NCBI GenBank assembly: GCA_031972735.1 | Contig: DALYED010000001.1 | Span: forward strand, 50,832-92,702 | From: Minisyncoccota bacterium | GTDB taxonomy: Bacteria > Patescibacteriota > Minisyncoccia > Phycocordibacterales > UBA6899 | Length of the DNA stretch: 41,871 nucleotides | Direction: 5' to 3' | Part shown: positions 8,362 to 17,028 of the stretch, piece by piece | Numbering within the stretch: the first letter of the stretch is position 1 | Layout: every line of letters begins with the position of its first letter | Made by a program: the position numbers and the translations under genes | Notes under the pieces: model-generated | What the model saw: the letters and a program-made list of their open reading frames with translations, nothing else | The model's database searches: none | Told to the model about the DNA's origin: nothing

Positions 8362-9411
8362 ATGTTTGAACGATTTTACAACATGCTTGGAAGTGATATT
8401 GGTATTGACCTTGGAACGGCAAATACCCTTGTCTATCTTCGCGACCACGGCATCATTATTAATGAGCCATCTGTCGTTGCACTCAACCAAAAGACGAACC
8501 GTGTTGTAGCAGTGGGGATGGACGCAAAGCAAATGCTCGGACGTACTCCAGGGCATGTTGTTGCAATTCGCCCACTTGTCGATGGAGTGATCTCGGATTT
8601 TGAAGTCACCGAAGAAATGCTTGCTCACTTTATCAACAAAGCAGTCAAGCTTTCAAAGAAGCAGGGTAGACCTCGTGTTGTGATTGGAGTCCCATCTTCG
8701 ATTACCAATGTTGAAACACGCGCAGTGAGAGATGCCGCAATGAATGCAGGTGCACGTGAGGTGTACATTGTCGAAGAACCGATGGCTGCTGCTATCGGCA
8801 TTCATCTTCCAGTAAAAGAGCCAGTTGGATCAATGATTATCGATATCGGTGGTGGCACAACGGACATCGCAGTCATTTCGCTTGGCGGTATTGTAAACTC
8901 AAAAAATCTCAAGATTGCTGGAGATCGATTCAATACGGATATTATTTCTTATATCCGCGATGAATTTAAAATTCTTATCGGAGAGCGTACTGCTGAAAAT
9001 GTAAAAGTCGCAATTGGTTCTGCAATGAAACCAAAAGAGCCCATGGAGGCAGCTATTCGCGGACGTGACTTACTTACCGGTCTTCCTCGAGAGGTGATTG
9101 TCACCGATGCTGATATTCGTGAAGCAATTATTTCCTCGATTCAAGTACTTGTTGATTCAACAAAAGAAGTACTTGAGACAACCCCCCCAGAAATTCTTTC
9201 AGATGTGATGAATAGAGGTATTGTGCTGGTTGGAGGTGGAGCGCTCATTGTAGGGCTTCCAGAACTCCTTGCGCAGACACTTAAAATCCCTGTCACTACA
9301 TCAGATGACCCACTTACTGCGGTGGCGCGAGGTACAGGAATGGTGATTGAAAATATTGATGAGTACCGCGAGGTACTTATAGAGCACGATAACGAGCTTC
9401 CGCCGAGATAG
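8362..9411 (+). CDS. mreB: Rod shape-determining actin homolog MreB (paralog 2, heads the mreBCD-mrdA cluster)
   Basis: 349 aa with IGIDLGTANTLVY, IDIGGGTTDIAVISLGG and LVGGGALIVGLPEL. Confidence 0.93.
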   Translation: MFERFYNMLGSDIGIDLGTANTLVYLRDHGIIINEPSVVALNQKTNRVVAVGMDAKQMLGRTPGHVVAIRPLVDGVISDFEVTEEMLAHFINKAVKLSKKQGRPRVVIGVPSSITNVETRAVRDAAMNAGAREVYIVEEPMAAAIGIHLPVKEPVGSMIIDIGGGTTDIAVISLGGIVNSKNLKIAGDRFNTDIISYIRDEFKILIGERTAENVKVAIGSAMKPKEPMEAAIRGRDLLTGLPREVIVTDADIREAIISSIQVLVDSTKEVLETTPPEILSDVMNRGIVLVGGGALIVGLPELLAQTLKIPVTTSDDPLTAVARGTGMVIENIDEYREVLIEHDNELPPR

Positions 9412-9529
9412 TTCTTAAAATTCACAGACTACTAGTCTTTTCTAATAAAATCTTGTCACCATAGCACTAACTATGGCTCCAAGATATTTACTCAGTCCAA
9501 GACGGCGTATTGTATTGAATTTTAAGAAC
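9411..9529 (+). other. Structured mreB-2/mreC spacer: 13-bp perfect inverted repeat enclosing two hairpins
   Basis: GTTCTTAAAATTC (9411-9423) pairs with GAATTTTAAGAAC (9517-9529). Inner hairpins are AGACT-act-AGTCT (9426-9438) and CCATAG-n6-CTATGG (9459-9476). Confidence 0.6.
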
Positions 9530-9562
9530 TATAATATATAAATTTGTAGTATATTTAAAACC

Positions 9563-10387
9563 ATGATCACGAGTTTTCGACATGATGAGCAAAAAAAGAA
9601 AAAAAACAGGCGCATGCTTGTTATGCTTCTTTTGCTCTCACTCCTGATACTTGCGGTACGAGGTCCTGTTGCAAATGTTATGGGAGGGATACTTGCCTAC
9701 GTTGGACAACCATTCTGGCATCTCCGTGAGGTGGTCATCGGTCGCTATGAGAGTATTTCCACTGTACTCTCATCAAAAGCAAACTTACAAAAAGAAAATA
9801 CTCGCTTACAAGCTGTGCTTGATGAAGTAGCACTTGAAGCATACTCACGCAATCTTTTGAGGGATGAGAACGAGCAATTAAAAGCCATGCTTGGAAGATC
9901 TTCTGAGTATGTGTTCACACTGGCACGGATACTCTCTGGCCCCCCAGTTTCTCCATACGACACATTGCTTGTTGATGTAGGTGAGCAGCGTGGAGTATAT
10001 GTCGGAATGCCTGCATTTTCGCAAGGTGATTTTAAGGTTGGAGAAGTCACTCGCGTATGGGGGGATAGCGCACTTGTTTCACTGTACTCAACTCCAAATA
10101 CACAACTCTCAGTAACTATCAGTACGAGCTCGATTCCTACGGTGCTTACAGGACAAGGTGGCGGAAATCTTCGTGCGATCCTTCCACGTGGGACAACAAT
10201 AAAAGTAGGTGACCTTGTTTCTATCCCAGCTCTTGATCCAGCATACGCAGGAACTGTTGATGCAATTGATAGACCAGAAGGGAGTTCACTTGAAGCAGTT
10301 TATGTGAGACTTCCATTCGATATCATTAAAGAGTCGTGGCTGTATTTGGGAACCCCAAAAGCTATAAGCGCACCACCTAAAAAATAA
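9563..10387 (+). CDS. mreC: Rod shape-determining protein MreC
   Basis: 274 aa with an N-terminal TM helix, a coiled-coil (LQKENTRLQAVLDEV...NEQLKAML) and a beta-rich C-terminal domain. Lies downstream of mreB. Confidence 0.85.
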   Translation: MITSFRHDEQKKKKNRRMLVMLLLLSLLILAVRGPVANVMGGILAYVGQPFWHLREVVIGRYESISTVLSSKANLQKENTRLQAVLDEVALEAYSRNLLRDENEQLKAMLGRSSEYVFTLARILSGPPVSPYDTLLVDVGEQRGVYVGMPAFSQGDFKVGEVTRVWGDSALVSLYSTPNTQLSVTISTSSIPTVLTGQGGGNLRAILPRGTTIKVGDLVSIPALDPAYAGTVDAIDRPEGSSLEAVYVRLPFDIIKESWLYLGTPKAISAPPKK

Positions 10388-10396
10388 CATACATTC

Positions 10397-10675
10397 ATGG
10401 ATCAGTTGCGCTACAAACGGATACTTTTGGGACTGCTCCTCTGTGTAGGACTTTTTGTTTTCCCGTATTGGTTTGTCATGCTGGTAGCTCTTGTGATTGC
10501 AATAATCATCCCGTATTACATAGAATTCATAGTGCTTGTTGCGTTTGAAGAAATGCTTTACGCAGGGGCAGGAATAGGGCATGTGAGCGTCGTTATTCCA
10601 GTAGTACTCTTGCTGGGCTTCATTCTTCTTGAGGCAAGTCGTAGCCTTATTCGTGAGCGTATTTTACGTATATAG
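10397..10675 (+). CDS. Small polytopic membrane protein in the MreD position (MreD-like, much shorter than canonical)
   Basis: 92 aa, almost entirely hydrophobic. Sits between mreC and mrdA, where mreD normally lies. The assignment rests on position only. Confidence 0.4.
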   Translation: MDQLRYKRILLGLLLCVGLFVFPYWFVMLVALVIAIIIPYYIEFIVLVAFEEMLYAGAGIGHVSVVIPVVLLLGFILLEASRSLIRERILRI

Positions 10676-10698
10676 GAGTGTGGTAGTATTATTTTGCC

Positions 10699-12378
10699 AT
10701 GCGCCGTACTTCATTCTTTCACTCAAATAAAGACATCGACCCAGACGAGATTTTTCTTGATGACAAGAATATTCCTGAGTTTGATGTCCATCAGTTTGAA
10801 GGTCGCATCGAGCGGCCAATTCGTGAACGTACTATTTTTTTTCTCGCAACAGTTTTTGTCTTCATTGGGCTTACGCTTGTAGCACGCGCATCAATGCTCG
10901 AAGTGCGTGATGGAAGCATGTATGCAAAGAAAAGTGAGCAAAATAGACTTGATCATCAACAACTTTTTCCTGAGCGTGGAGTGATCAGTGATCGCAACGG
11001 TGTACCACTTGCATGGAATGTCCCAAATCCCGAAGATCAAGGCTTCTCACTTCGAAAGTATATTGATGAACCAGGATATGGAAGCATCCTTGGATTCCTA
11101 CATTATCCTGCACGGGACAAGTCGGGTGTTTTTTACCGCACTGATTACGAAGCAGATTCAGGAATTGAAAAATTCTACAACAATAACCTTAAGGGTAAGA
11201 GTGGGCTTCGTATCATTGAGACTGATGCGCTCGGCAATGTTGTATCTGCAAATGTTATCGATCCTCCTACTACAGGTGAGAGTTTAAAACTCTCAATTGA
11301 TTCACGAGTACAGTCCAGTCTCTACAAAACCATCGGGCACATAGCCGAAACAGAGGATTATCTCGGTGGTGCAGCTGCGATCATGGATATTACAAATGGT
11401 GAGCTTTTGGCGCTAGTGTCATATCCAACATACGACTCAAATATCATGACGGACGGTGAGGATCGTGAACAAATCGCCGCATATAACAAAGATAAAGGGA
11501 GTCCATTTCTTAATCGTACTATCGGAGGGCTCTTCACTCCGGGCTCAATCGTGAAGCCAATGTATGCTATTGGCGCACTTAATGAAGGGATAATTTCTGC
11601 AGACAAAGAGATCCTCTCAATTGGATATATTTCGATTCCAAACCCATACTTCCCAGATAAGCCAAGTCGATTCAATGACTGGAAAAATCACGGCTGGCTT
11701 GATATGCGCTCAGCAATTGCGTGGTCATCAGACGTATATTTTTATGAAATTTCCGGAGGGTTTGAGGGGCAAAAAGGTCTTGGTATTAAAAATGTTGAGA
11801 AGTATGCGCGCATGTTTGGGTACGGTTCAACCACTGGTATCGATCTCGATGGAGAATTGTCTGGCACAATCCCAAATCCAACATGGAAAGAAAAGAATTT
11901 TCCAAACGACCCCAATTGGCGCGTTGGTGACACATACTTCACTGGCATAGGTCAGTACGGCATGCAAGGTACAGTCCTGCAGGCTGTGAAAGAAGCTTCA
12001 ATCATTGCCTCAGATGGTGTAGTGGTGAGACCTCATCTTTCACTCGATATCGCAACCACCACTTCACAACTCGATCTTCCGTTAAAGTATTTCAAGGTTA
12101 TTCAAGAGGGAATGAGAGAAGGCGTGACGCACGGTACGGCATCAATTCTGAATATCCCAGAAGTAACGATAGCCGCAAAGACAGGTACAGCCGAACTCGG
12201 TGTAACAAAAGCAAGAGTCAATTCATGGGTGATTGGATTTTTCCCATATGATAAGCCTCGCTATGCATTTGCTGTAGTGATGGATAGAGGTGTCAAAGGG
12301 AACACCACCAATGCGAGCTTTACTACTCGTGCAATGTTTCGCACCCTCGCATCAACCACACCAGAATATCTCAAGTAA
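10699..12378 (+). CDS. mrdA: Class B penicillin-binding protein 2 (elongation transpeptidase)
   Basis: 559 aa with an N-terminal TM helix and the motifs SxxK (SIVKP), SxD (SSD) and KTG (KTGTA). Located in the mreBCD context. Confidence 0.88.
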   Translation: MRRTSFFHSNKDIDPDEIFLDDKNIPEFDVHQFEGRIERPIRERTIFFLATVFVFIGLTLVARASMLEVRDGSMYAKKSEQNRLDHQQLFPERGVISDRNGVPLAWNVPNPEDQGFSLRKYIDEPGYGSILGFLHYPARDKSGVFYRTDYEADSGIEKFYNNNLKGKSGLRIIETDALGNVVSANVIDPPTTGESLKLSIDSRVQSSLYKTIGHIAETEDYLGGAAAIMDITNGELLALVSYPTYDSNIMTDGEDREQIAAYNKDKGSPFLNRTIGGLFTPGSIVKPMYAIGALNEGIISADKEILSIGYISIPNPYFPDKPSRFNDWKNHGWLDMRSAIAWSSDVYFYEISGGFEGQKGLGIKNVEKYARMFGYGSTTGIDLDGELSGTIPNPTWKEKNFPNDPNWRVGDTYFTGIGQYGMQGTVLQAVKEASIIASDGVVVRPHLSLDIATTTSQLDLPLKYFKVIQEGMREGVTHGTASILNIPEVTIAAKTGTAELGVTKARVNSWVIGFFPYDKPRYAFAVVMDRGVKGNTTNASFTTRAMFRTLASTTPEYLK

Positions 12379-12435
12379 CGCGCCAAGGCATTTACATTTC
12401 TCAATACTTTAATCTTTTGTCAAATACACGATGAA

Positions 12436-12464
12436 TTGTTTCTCGTAGAAATGCGTGCTACTAT
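12436..12464 (+). promoter_or_regulatory. Promoter candidate for greA: TTGTTT-17-(TGc)TACTAT
   Basis: TTGTTT at 12436-12441, a 17-nt spacer, a TGc extended -10 and TACTAT at 12459-12464. ATG lies 9 nt downstream, with no SD. Confidence 0.55.
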
Positions 12465-12473
12465 GGCGAAACT

Positions 12474-12938
12474 ATGGACACACAAAAGGAGTATTTGAGT
12501 AAAGAAAAATTTGAAGAGCTTAAAAGTGAACTTGAATTTCTTACCCACGTTCGCCGTCGCGAAATAGCAGAAGCGCTTGAAGCTGCAAAAGCACTTGGTG
12601 ATCTTTCTGAAAATGCTGAATATCACTCAGCACGTGAGTTACAGGCAAGTGTTGAAGAGCGCATTATGGTCCTCGAAGAGATCATGAAGAACGCAGTCAT
12701 AATGGGTGGAAAACATAAGACAGATGCCGTAGGCATTGGTTCTGTTGTTACCGTAAAGCGCGGAAAAGACGAGAAGGTATTCACTATTGTAGGTAGCGAA
12801 GAAGCAGATGTTGCTGGTGGAAAAATCTCAAACAAATCACCACTCGGCGAAGCATCAATCGGAAAGAAGAAAGGAGATAAATTTTCGTACACAACACCAA
12901 GCGGAGAAGTTGAGTGCACGATTATTGAAATCAAATAG
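12474..12938 (+). CDS. greA: Transcription elongation factor GreA
   Basis: 154 aa. N-terminal coiled coil with ...RRREIAEALEAAKALGDLSENAEYHSARE... and a C-terminal FKBP-like domain. Confidence 0.93.
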   Translation: MDTQKEYLSKEKFEELKSELEFLTHVRRREIAEALEAAKALGDLSENAEYHSARELQASVEERIMVLEEIMKNAVIMGGKHKTDAVGIGSVVTVKRGKDEKVFTIVGSEEADVAGGKISNKSPLGEASIGKKKGDKFSYTTPSGEVECTIIEIK

Positions 12939-13020
12939 CAAAAGCAAATATAAGTATCTGGTATCTTGTGTATAGTATCCGTGCAAGATATGCATACTTA
13001 TACAGTATACTTTCATTCAT

Positions 13021-14484
13021 ATGGCTTCACTTGAAGAAATCAGAGAAGAACGAATCAAAAAAATCGCAACGCTCAAGTCGCGAGGGATTTCTCCATACCC
13101 AAGTAAAGTAGCACGTGATTTCTCACTCAAGGAAGTGCGTGATCAGTTCACAACACTAGAGCCACAAAAAAAAACGCTCTCACTTGTGGGTCGTGTGATG
13201 GCTATCCGTGGTCAAGGGGCAATACAATTTGTTGTCCTCAATGATGGTACTGGTACCTTTCAAGGTGTAATGAAGCGCGATGTCCTCGGCGAAGAGAGGA
13301 TGGATTTCTTTGCAGAGGTCGTTGATATTGGCGATTTTGTTGGGATAGAAGGCACACTCTTTACGACTCAGCGCGGTGAACAAAGTGTCGAAGTTATCAA
13401 TTGGACCATGGCAGCAAAGTCCCTGCGACCTCTTCCTGAGAAGTGGCATGGACTACAAGATCCCGAAGAGAAGCTTCGCCAGCGTTATCTTGATATTCTT
13501 TTTGACGATGAACTTCGTGACCTCTTTGTAAAGCGCTCAAAATTTTGGAATGCGATTCGCTCATTTTTACTTGCAGAAGGTTTTCTCGAGTTTGAAACAC
13601 CAGTGCTTGAAAATACTACTGGAGGCGCAGATGCAAAGCCATTTAAGACTCACCACAACGCACTCGATATTGATGTGTTTCTTCGTATTTCATGCGGAGA
13701 GTTGTGGCAGAAACGTCTCATGGTTGCAGGATACAATAATGTGTTTGAAATTGGTCGCATTTTTCGAAACGAAGGCATGAGCGCAGAGCATGCACAGGAT
13801 TACACACAGCTTGAGTTTTATGCAGCATATATCAATTTTGAAGACGGCATGAAACTCGTTCAGCGCATGTATCGCCATGTTGCACAGGAGGCATTCGGCA
13901 CACAGCAGTTCACTATACATGGATTCGAAGTTGATCTTGCAAAAGAATGGGAGCGCTATGATTATCGTGAGACGATTTTAAAATTCACTGATATTGATAT
14001 TGTTACTGCTTCACTTGCAGATATTGAACTTGCACTAAAAAGGCTGAAAATTGAATTTGATAAAAAAGGTTGGAACACCATTCGTGCAACTGACACACTT
14101 TGGAAATATTGTCGCAAGAAACTTGCAGGTCCAGGATTTCTCATCAATGTTCCTGTTGAAATGTCACCACTCGCAAAGCTTGCCGTGGGTGGAAAAGTAG
14201 TTGAACAATTTCAGCCAATCATTGCTGGAAGCGAAGTAGGGAAAGGTTACAGCGAACTGAATGATCCACTTGATCAAGCAGATCGTTTTCAGACACAACA
14301 GGATATGCGCGATGCAGGTGACGATGAGGCGCAAATGTTTGATCGCGAATTTGTCGAAGCACTTGAACACGGCATGCCACCTACCTGCGGGTTTGGAGTT
14401 TCTGAACGGTTATTTGCATTTCTTGCAAACAAACCTATTCGAGAATCACAAGTATTTCCACTGCTTCGTCCAAAGAAGTACTGA
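13021..14484 (+). CDS. lysS: Lysyl-tRNA synthetase, class II
   Basis: 487 aa with an N-terminal OB-fold, and class II motifs around FEIGRIFRNEG and GFGVSERL. Confidence 0.95.
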   Translation: MASLEEIREERIKKIATLKSRGISPYPSKVARDFSLKEVRDQFTTLEPQKKTLSLVGRVMAIRGQGAIQFVVLNDGTGTFQGVMKRDVLGEERMDFFAEVVDIGDFVGIEGTLFTTQRGEQSVEVINWTMAAKSLRPLPEKWHGLQDPEEKLRQRYLDILFDDELRDLFVKRSKFWNAIRSFLLAEGFLEFETPVLENTTGGADAKPFKTHHNALDIDVFLRISCGELWQKRLMVAGYNNVFEIGRIFRNEGMSAEHAQDYTQLEFYAAYINFEDGMKLVQRMYRHVAQEAFGTQQFTIHGFEVDLAKEWERYDYRETILKFTDIDIVTASLADIELALKRLKIEFDKKGWNTIRATDTLWKYCRKKLAGPGFLINVPVEMSPLAKLAVGGKVVEQFQPIIAGSEVGKGYSELNDPLDQADRFQTQQDMRDAGDDEAQMFDREFVEALEHGMPPTCGFGVSERLFAFLANKPIRESQVFPLLRPKKY

Positions 14485-14697
14485 TCGCACACACCTGCTT
14501 GTGCTATCAACAAATGGCAATAAGGAATTGAAGGAGGGTATGTGTAGTTAAAAATTCAGAAATTAGTCTTACGAAAAACACAAAGAAATCTAGTGTTTTT
14601 TTTGTTTTTATTTTATTACTGAAAGTATTTGACGTTATGTAAAAATCATTGCGTAGCACTTTTCTGTGGATAACAGGGGTAGGTGAGTGGTTGCAGA

Positions 14698-14743
14698 GTG
14701 GGAAGTGGTGGGATAGAATGGTACACATGTGGGAGAAAGTGGG
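14698..14743 (+). promoter_or_regulatory. Phased GTGGG direct repeats, candidate MraZ operator
   Basis: GTGGG occurs at 14698-14702, 14708-14712, 14729-14733 and 14739-14743, with spacings of 10, 21 and 10 nt. A degenerate ATGGT lies at 14718-14722. The last unit reads AAAGTGG. Confidence 0.6.
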
Positions 14744-14873
14744 AAATCGAGAAATCGATCCTGACCTTCAACATGGGATGGTAAAGGTAGAAAATTAACC
14801 CCTGTATTGTCCGCTTGTGGGAGTGAGACGGTGCGGGGGTTCTGCCTTAGAAATGGGCAAGTATCAAGAAACA

Positions 14874-14916
14874 CTGACTTTGGCGCAGTCTTCACGGTAG
14901 AGTGCGCCAAAGTCAG
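14874..14916 (+). other. 14-bp perfect stem-loop in the presumed mraZ 5' leader
   Basis: CTGACTTTGGCGCA (14874-14887) pairs with TGCGCCAAAGTCAG (14903-14916) around a 15-nt loop. No T-run follows. It ends 30 nt before the mraZ ATG. Confidence 0.7.
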
Positions 14917-14946
14917 GGCTTCTTCAAAAGTGGCTCTGAACAAATT

Positions 14947-15381
14947 ATGTTTATTGGGGAGTATATACATTCAGTCGATGATAAGAAACGCCTCTCTGTT
15001 CCCGCAAAGTTCCGCAAGGACTTAGGGAAGAAAGCGGTGATCACACTTGGACTCAACAAGTGTCTTTCGCTTTATCCGACAAAAGAATGGAATATCTTCG
15101 CAGAAAAGCTTTCGAAGCTTTCGATGGGTAAGTCAGAGGATCGTGGATTTTCTCGTGCAATGCTCTCTGGCGCATTTGAGGTCGAGATCGACTCGATCGG
15201 TCGTATTCTTATCCCAGAAGCTCTCAAGGGCTATGCTGGGCTCAAAGAGAAGGTGGTACTTACCGGTGTCTACGACAGAGTAGAGCTTTGGGATGAGACA
15301 ACCTGGAAGACCTACAAAGCAGAAATGGTTGCAAGTGCCGACAGTATGGCAGAACAACTCGGCGAACGCGGTGTATTTTAG
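14947..15381 (+). CDS. mraZ: Division/cell wall cluster transcriptional regulator MraZ
   Basis: The N-terminus MFIGEYIHSVDDKKRLSVPAKFRKDL is the canonical MraZ N-terminus. A second SpoVT/AbrB-like repeat (IDSIGRILIPEALK) follows. The track's GTG at 14902 is rejected. Confidence 0.92.
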   Translation: MFIGEYIHSVDDKKRLSVPAKFRKDLGKKAVITLGLNKCLSLYPTKEWNIFAEKLSKLSMGKSEDRGFSRAMLSGAFEVEIDSIGRILIPEALKGYAGLKEKVVLTGVYDRVELWDETTWKTYKAEMVASADSMAEQLGERGVF

Positions 15382-15515
15382 TAGGGAATTCAAATTTGGC
15401 ACACTAGTCGACTTACCTAATACAGTTCTGGGCACCGTAGCAGACGATGCTTTTCAGAAATTCTATTAGTCCAAGTCTTCGTACTGTATCCAAATGAGAA
15501 AGCCATTATCAAACC

Positions 15516-16400
15516 ATGAGTCACATATCAGTTCTTTTACAACCTTCACTTGATGCACTTAGCCTTAAACCAGGAATGACCATCCTTGATGCGACTTTTG
15601 GTAAAGGAGGGCATAGTACAGCTATTGCGACCATCATAGGAAAGACAGGAACACTTATTTCACTCGATCGAGACAAGAACGTCTTTTCAGAAGAAAAAGT
15701 TCAGGAACTTGAGCGTCTCACTACATTCATGCCTATTGTGGCAAATTTTAGAGATGTGGCAGAGGCGCTCAAGCATCTGGAAATAGATGGTGCATTGTTT
15801 GATTTAGGTCTTTCGAGTACTCAGCTTGAAGAATCAGGAAGAGGATTTTCGTTTCAACGCGATGAACCGCTCCTGATGACGTTTGAAGCAAATCCTGGCG
15901 AAGATGATGTGACCGCATTTTCCATTCTCAATAAATGGAGTGAGGAAACAATCGCAACAATATTGAAAGGTTTTGGTGAAGAACGTTTTGCTCGTTCGAT
16001 AGCACAGGGGATAGTTGAGGCACGACGCATGGGACCGATTGGTACCACCGCACAGCTTCTTGAAATCATTCTGGCTTCAACTCCAGCATGGTACAAGCAT
16101 GGACGCACTCACCCTGCCACACGGACGTTCCAAGCGCTTCGTATGGCAACAAACGATGAGCTCGGTGCAATCGAGCATGGACTCCGAGGGGCTGTAGAAA
16201 AGCTCAAGCCGAAAGGAAGGCTTGCGGTGATTAGTTTCCATAGCATCGAGGATCGAAAAGTGAAGCATCTGATAAAAGAGTTCGTCGGTGAGGGTCTCGT
16301 CACTCATGTGACCAAAAAACCGATAATTCCAAATGAGATCGAGCTTGAAGAAAATCCTCGTGCTCGAAGTGCAAAATTGCGAGTTGCAGAAAAGATTTAG
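15516..16400 (+). CDS. rsmH: 16S rRNA (cytosine1402-N4)-methyltransferase RsmH
   Basis: 294 aa with DATFGKGGHS, GFSFQRDEPLLMTF and C-terminal NPRARSAKLRV. Lies after mraZ. Confidence 0.93.
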   Translation: MSHISVLLQPSLDALSLKPGMTILDATFGKGGHSTAIATIIGKTGTLISLDRDKNVFSEEKVQELERLTTFMPIVANFRDVAEALKHLEIDGALFDLGLSSTQLEESGRGFSFQRDEPLLMTFEANPGEDDVTAFSILNKWSEETIATILKGFGEERFARSIAQGIVEARRMGPIGTTAQLLEIILASTPAWYKHGRTHPATRTFQALRMATNDELGAIEHGLRGAVEKLKPKGRLAVISFHSIEDRKVKHLIKEFVGEGLVTHVTKKPIIPNEIELEENPRARSAKLRVAEKI

Positions 16401-16569
16401 TTTGTTTATGAGTTTAGTGAGTTCTTTGTATGAAAAAATTACTGGTCACCTATAGGGCGACAATCGATAGGCATGTCCCTATTGAAATAAAGAGTCGCGT
16501 TGATAAGCAGAAAACTTCACAGCGAAGTATGTTTTCATTTATCCGCACTCGAGTACGCAGTGTTTAAAT

Positions 16570-16902
16570 ATGTTTAAGTCAGTTCTTCTCCAATTTGAAG
16601 AGCACGACAGAAGGATCTTCTGGATCTTTGTCGCTTTTTTTGTGTGTTCACTTTCCCTTTATATATATTTTCTTGGAATTTCTATCTTTGCAGTCATTGA
16701 ACGCAAAGGTGCAGAGCAGAGATCGTCAGTACTCACTGCCAACATCATGTCACTTGAATCAAAGTATGTGATGCTCAATAAGCAGATCGATCTTACCCTT
16801 GCTCGTGAACGAGGCTTTGTCGAAGTAATAAGTCCTGTGTACATTAGCGGTAATGCACGTGGAGAAAAGACACTCTCACTTCGTACTCGAGGCGCTGAGT
16901 AG
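16570..16902 (+). CDS. FtsL-like bitopic membrane protein
   Basis: 110 aa with one TM helix followed by a short coiled-coil. Lies between rsmH and ftsI. The assignment is positional and architectural only. Confidence 0.5.
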   Translation: MFKSVLLQFEEHDRRIFWIFVAFFVCSLSLYIYFLGISIFAVIERKGAEQRSSVLTANIMSLESKYVMLNKQIDLTLARERGFVEVISPVYISGNARGEKTLSLRTRGAE

Positions 16903-17028
16903 TATATAAATTTATATATATTGAAAATTCGAGTCGTAATATCATGTATAATGTAGAGTACGATGCGAGTACGACGAATTAATTTACTAGCAATACACAG
17001 AAATCGTTGATTTCTTTTTGCTCAACAC

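Noticed and set aside
14665-14673. Perfect DnaA box TGTGGATAA (reverse complement TTATCCACA) upstream of mraZ. Weaker boxes lie at 26958-26966, 27499-27507 and 24857-24865.
   Set aside because: This is a single perfect 9-mer with no cluster and no adjacent dnaA or dnaN. It overlaps the GTGG repeat series, so it is probably coincidental. Local gene orientation is convergent rather than origin-like.
14635-14970. Minus-strand 111-aa ORF, and the 14507-14728 ORF, in the lysS-mraZ spacer.
   Set aside because: They run antisense through the GTGGG repeat array and the 14-bp hairpin and overlap the mraZ start. The Pro/Thr/His-rich translation simply mirrors the G-rich plus strand. No SD is present.
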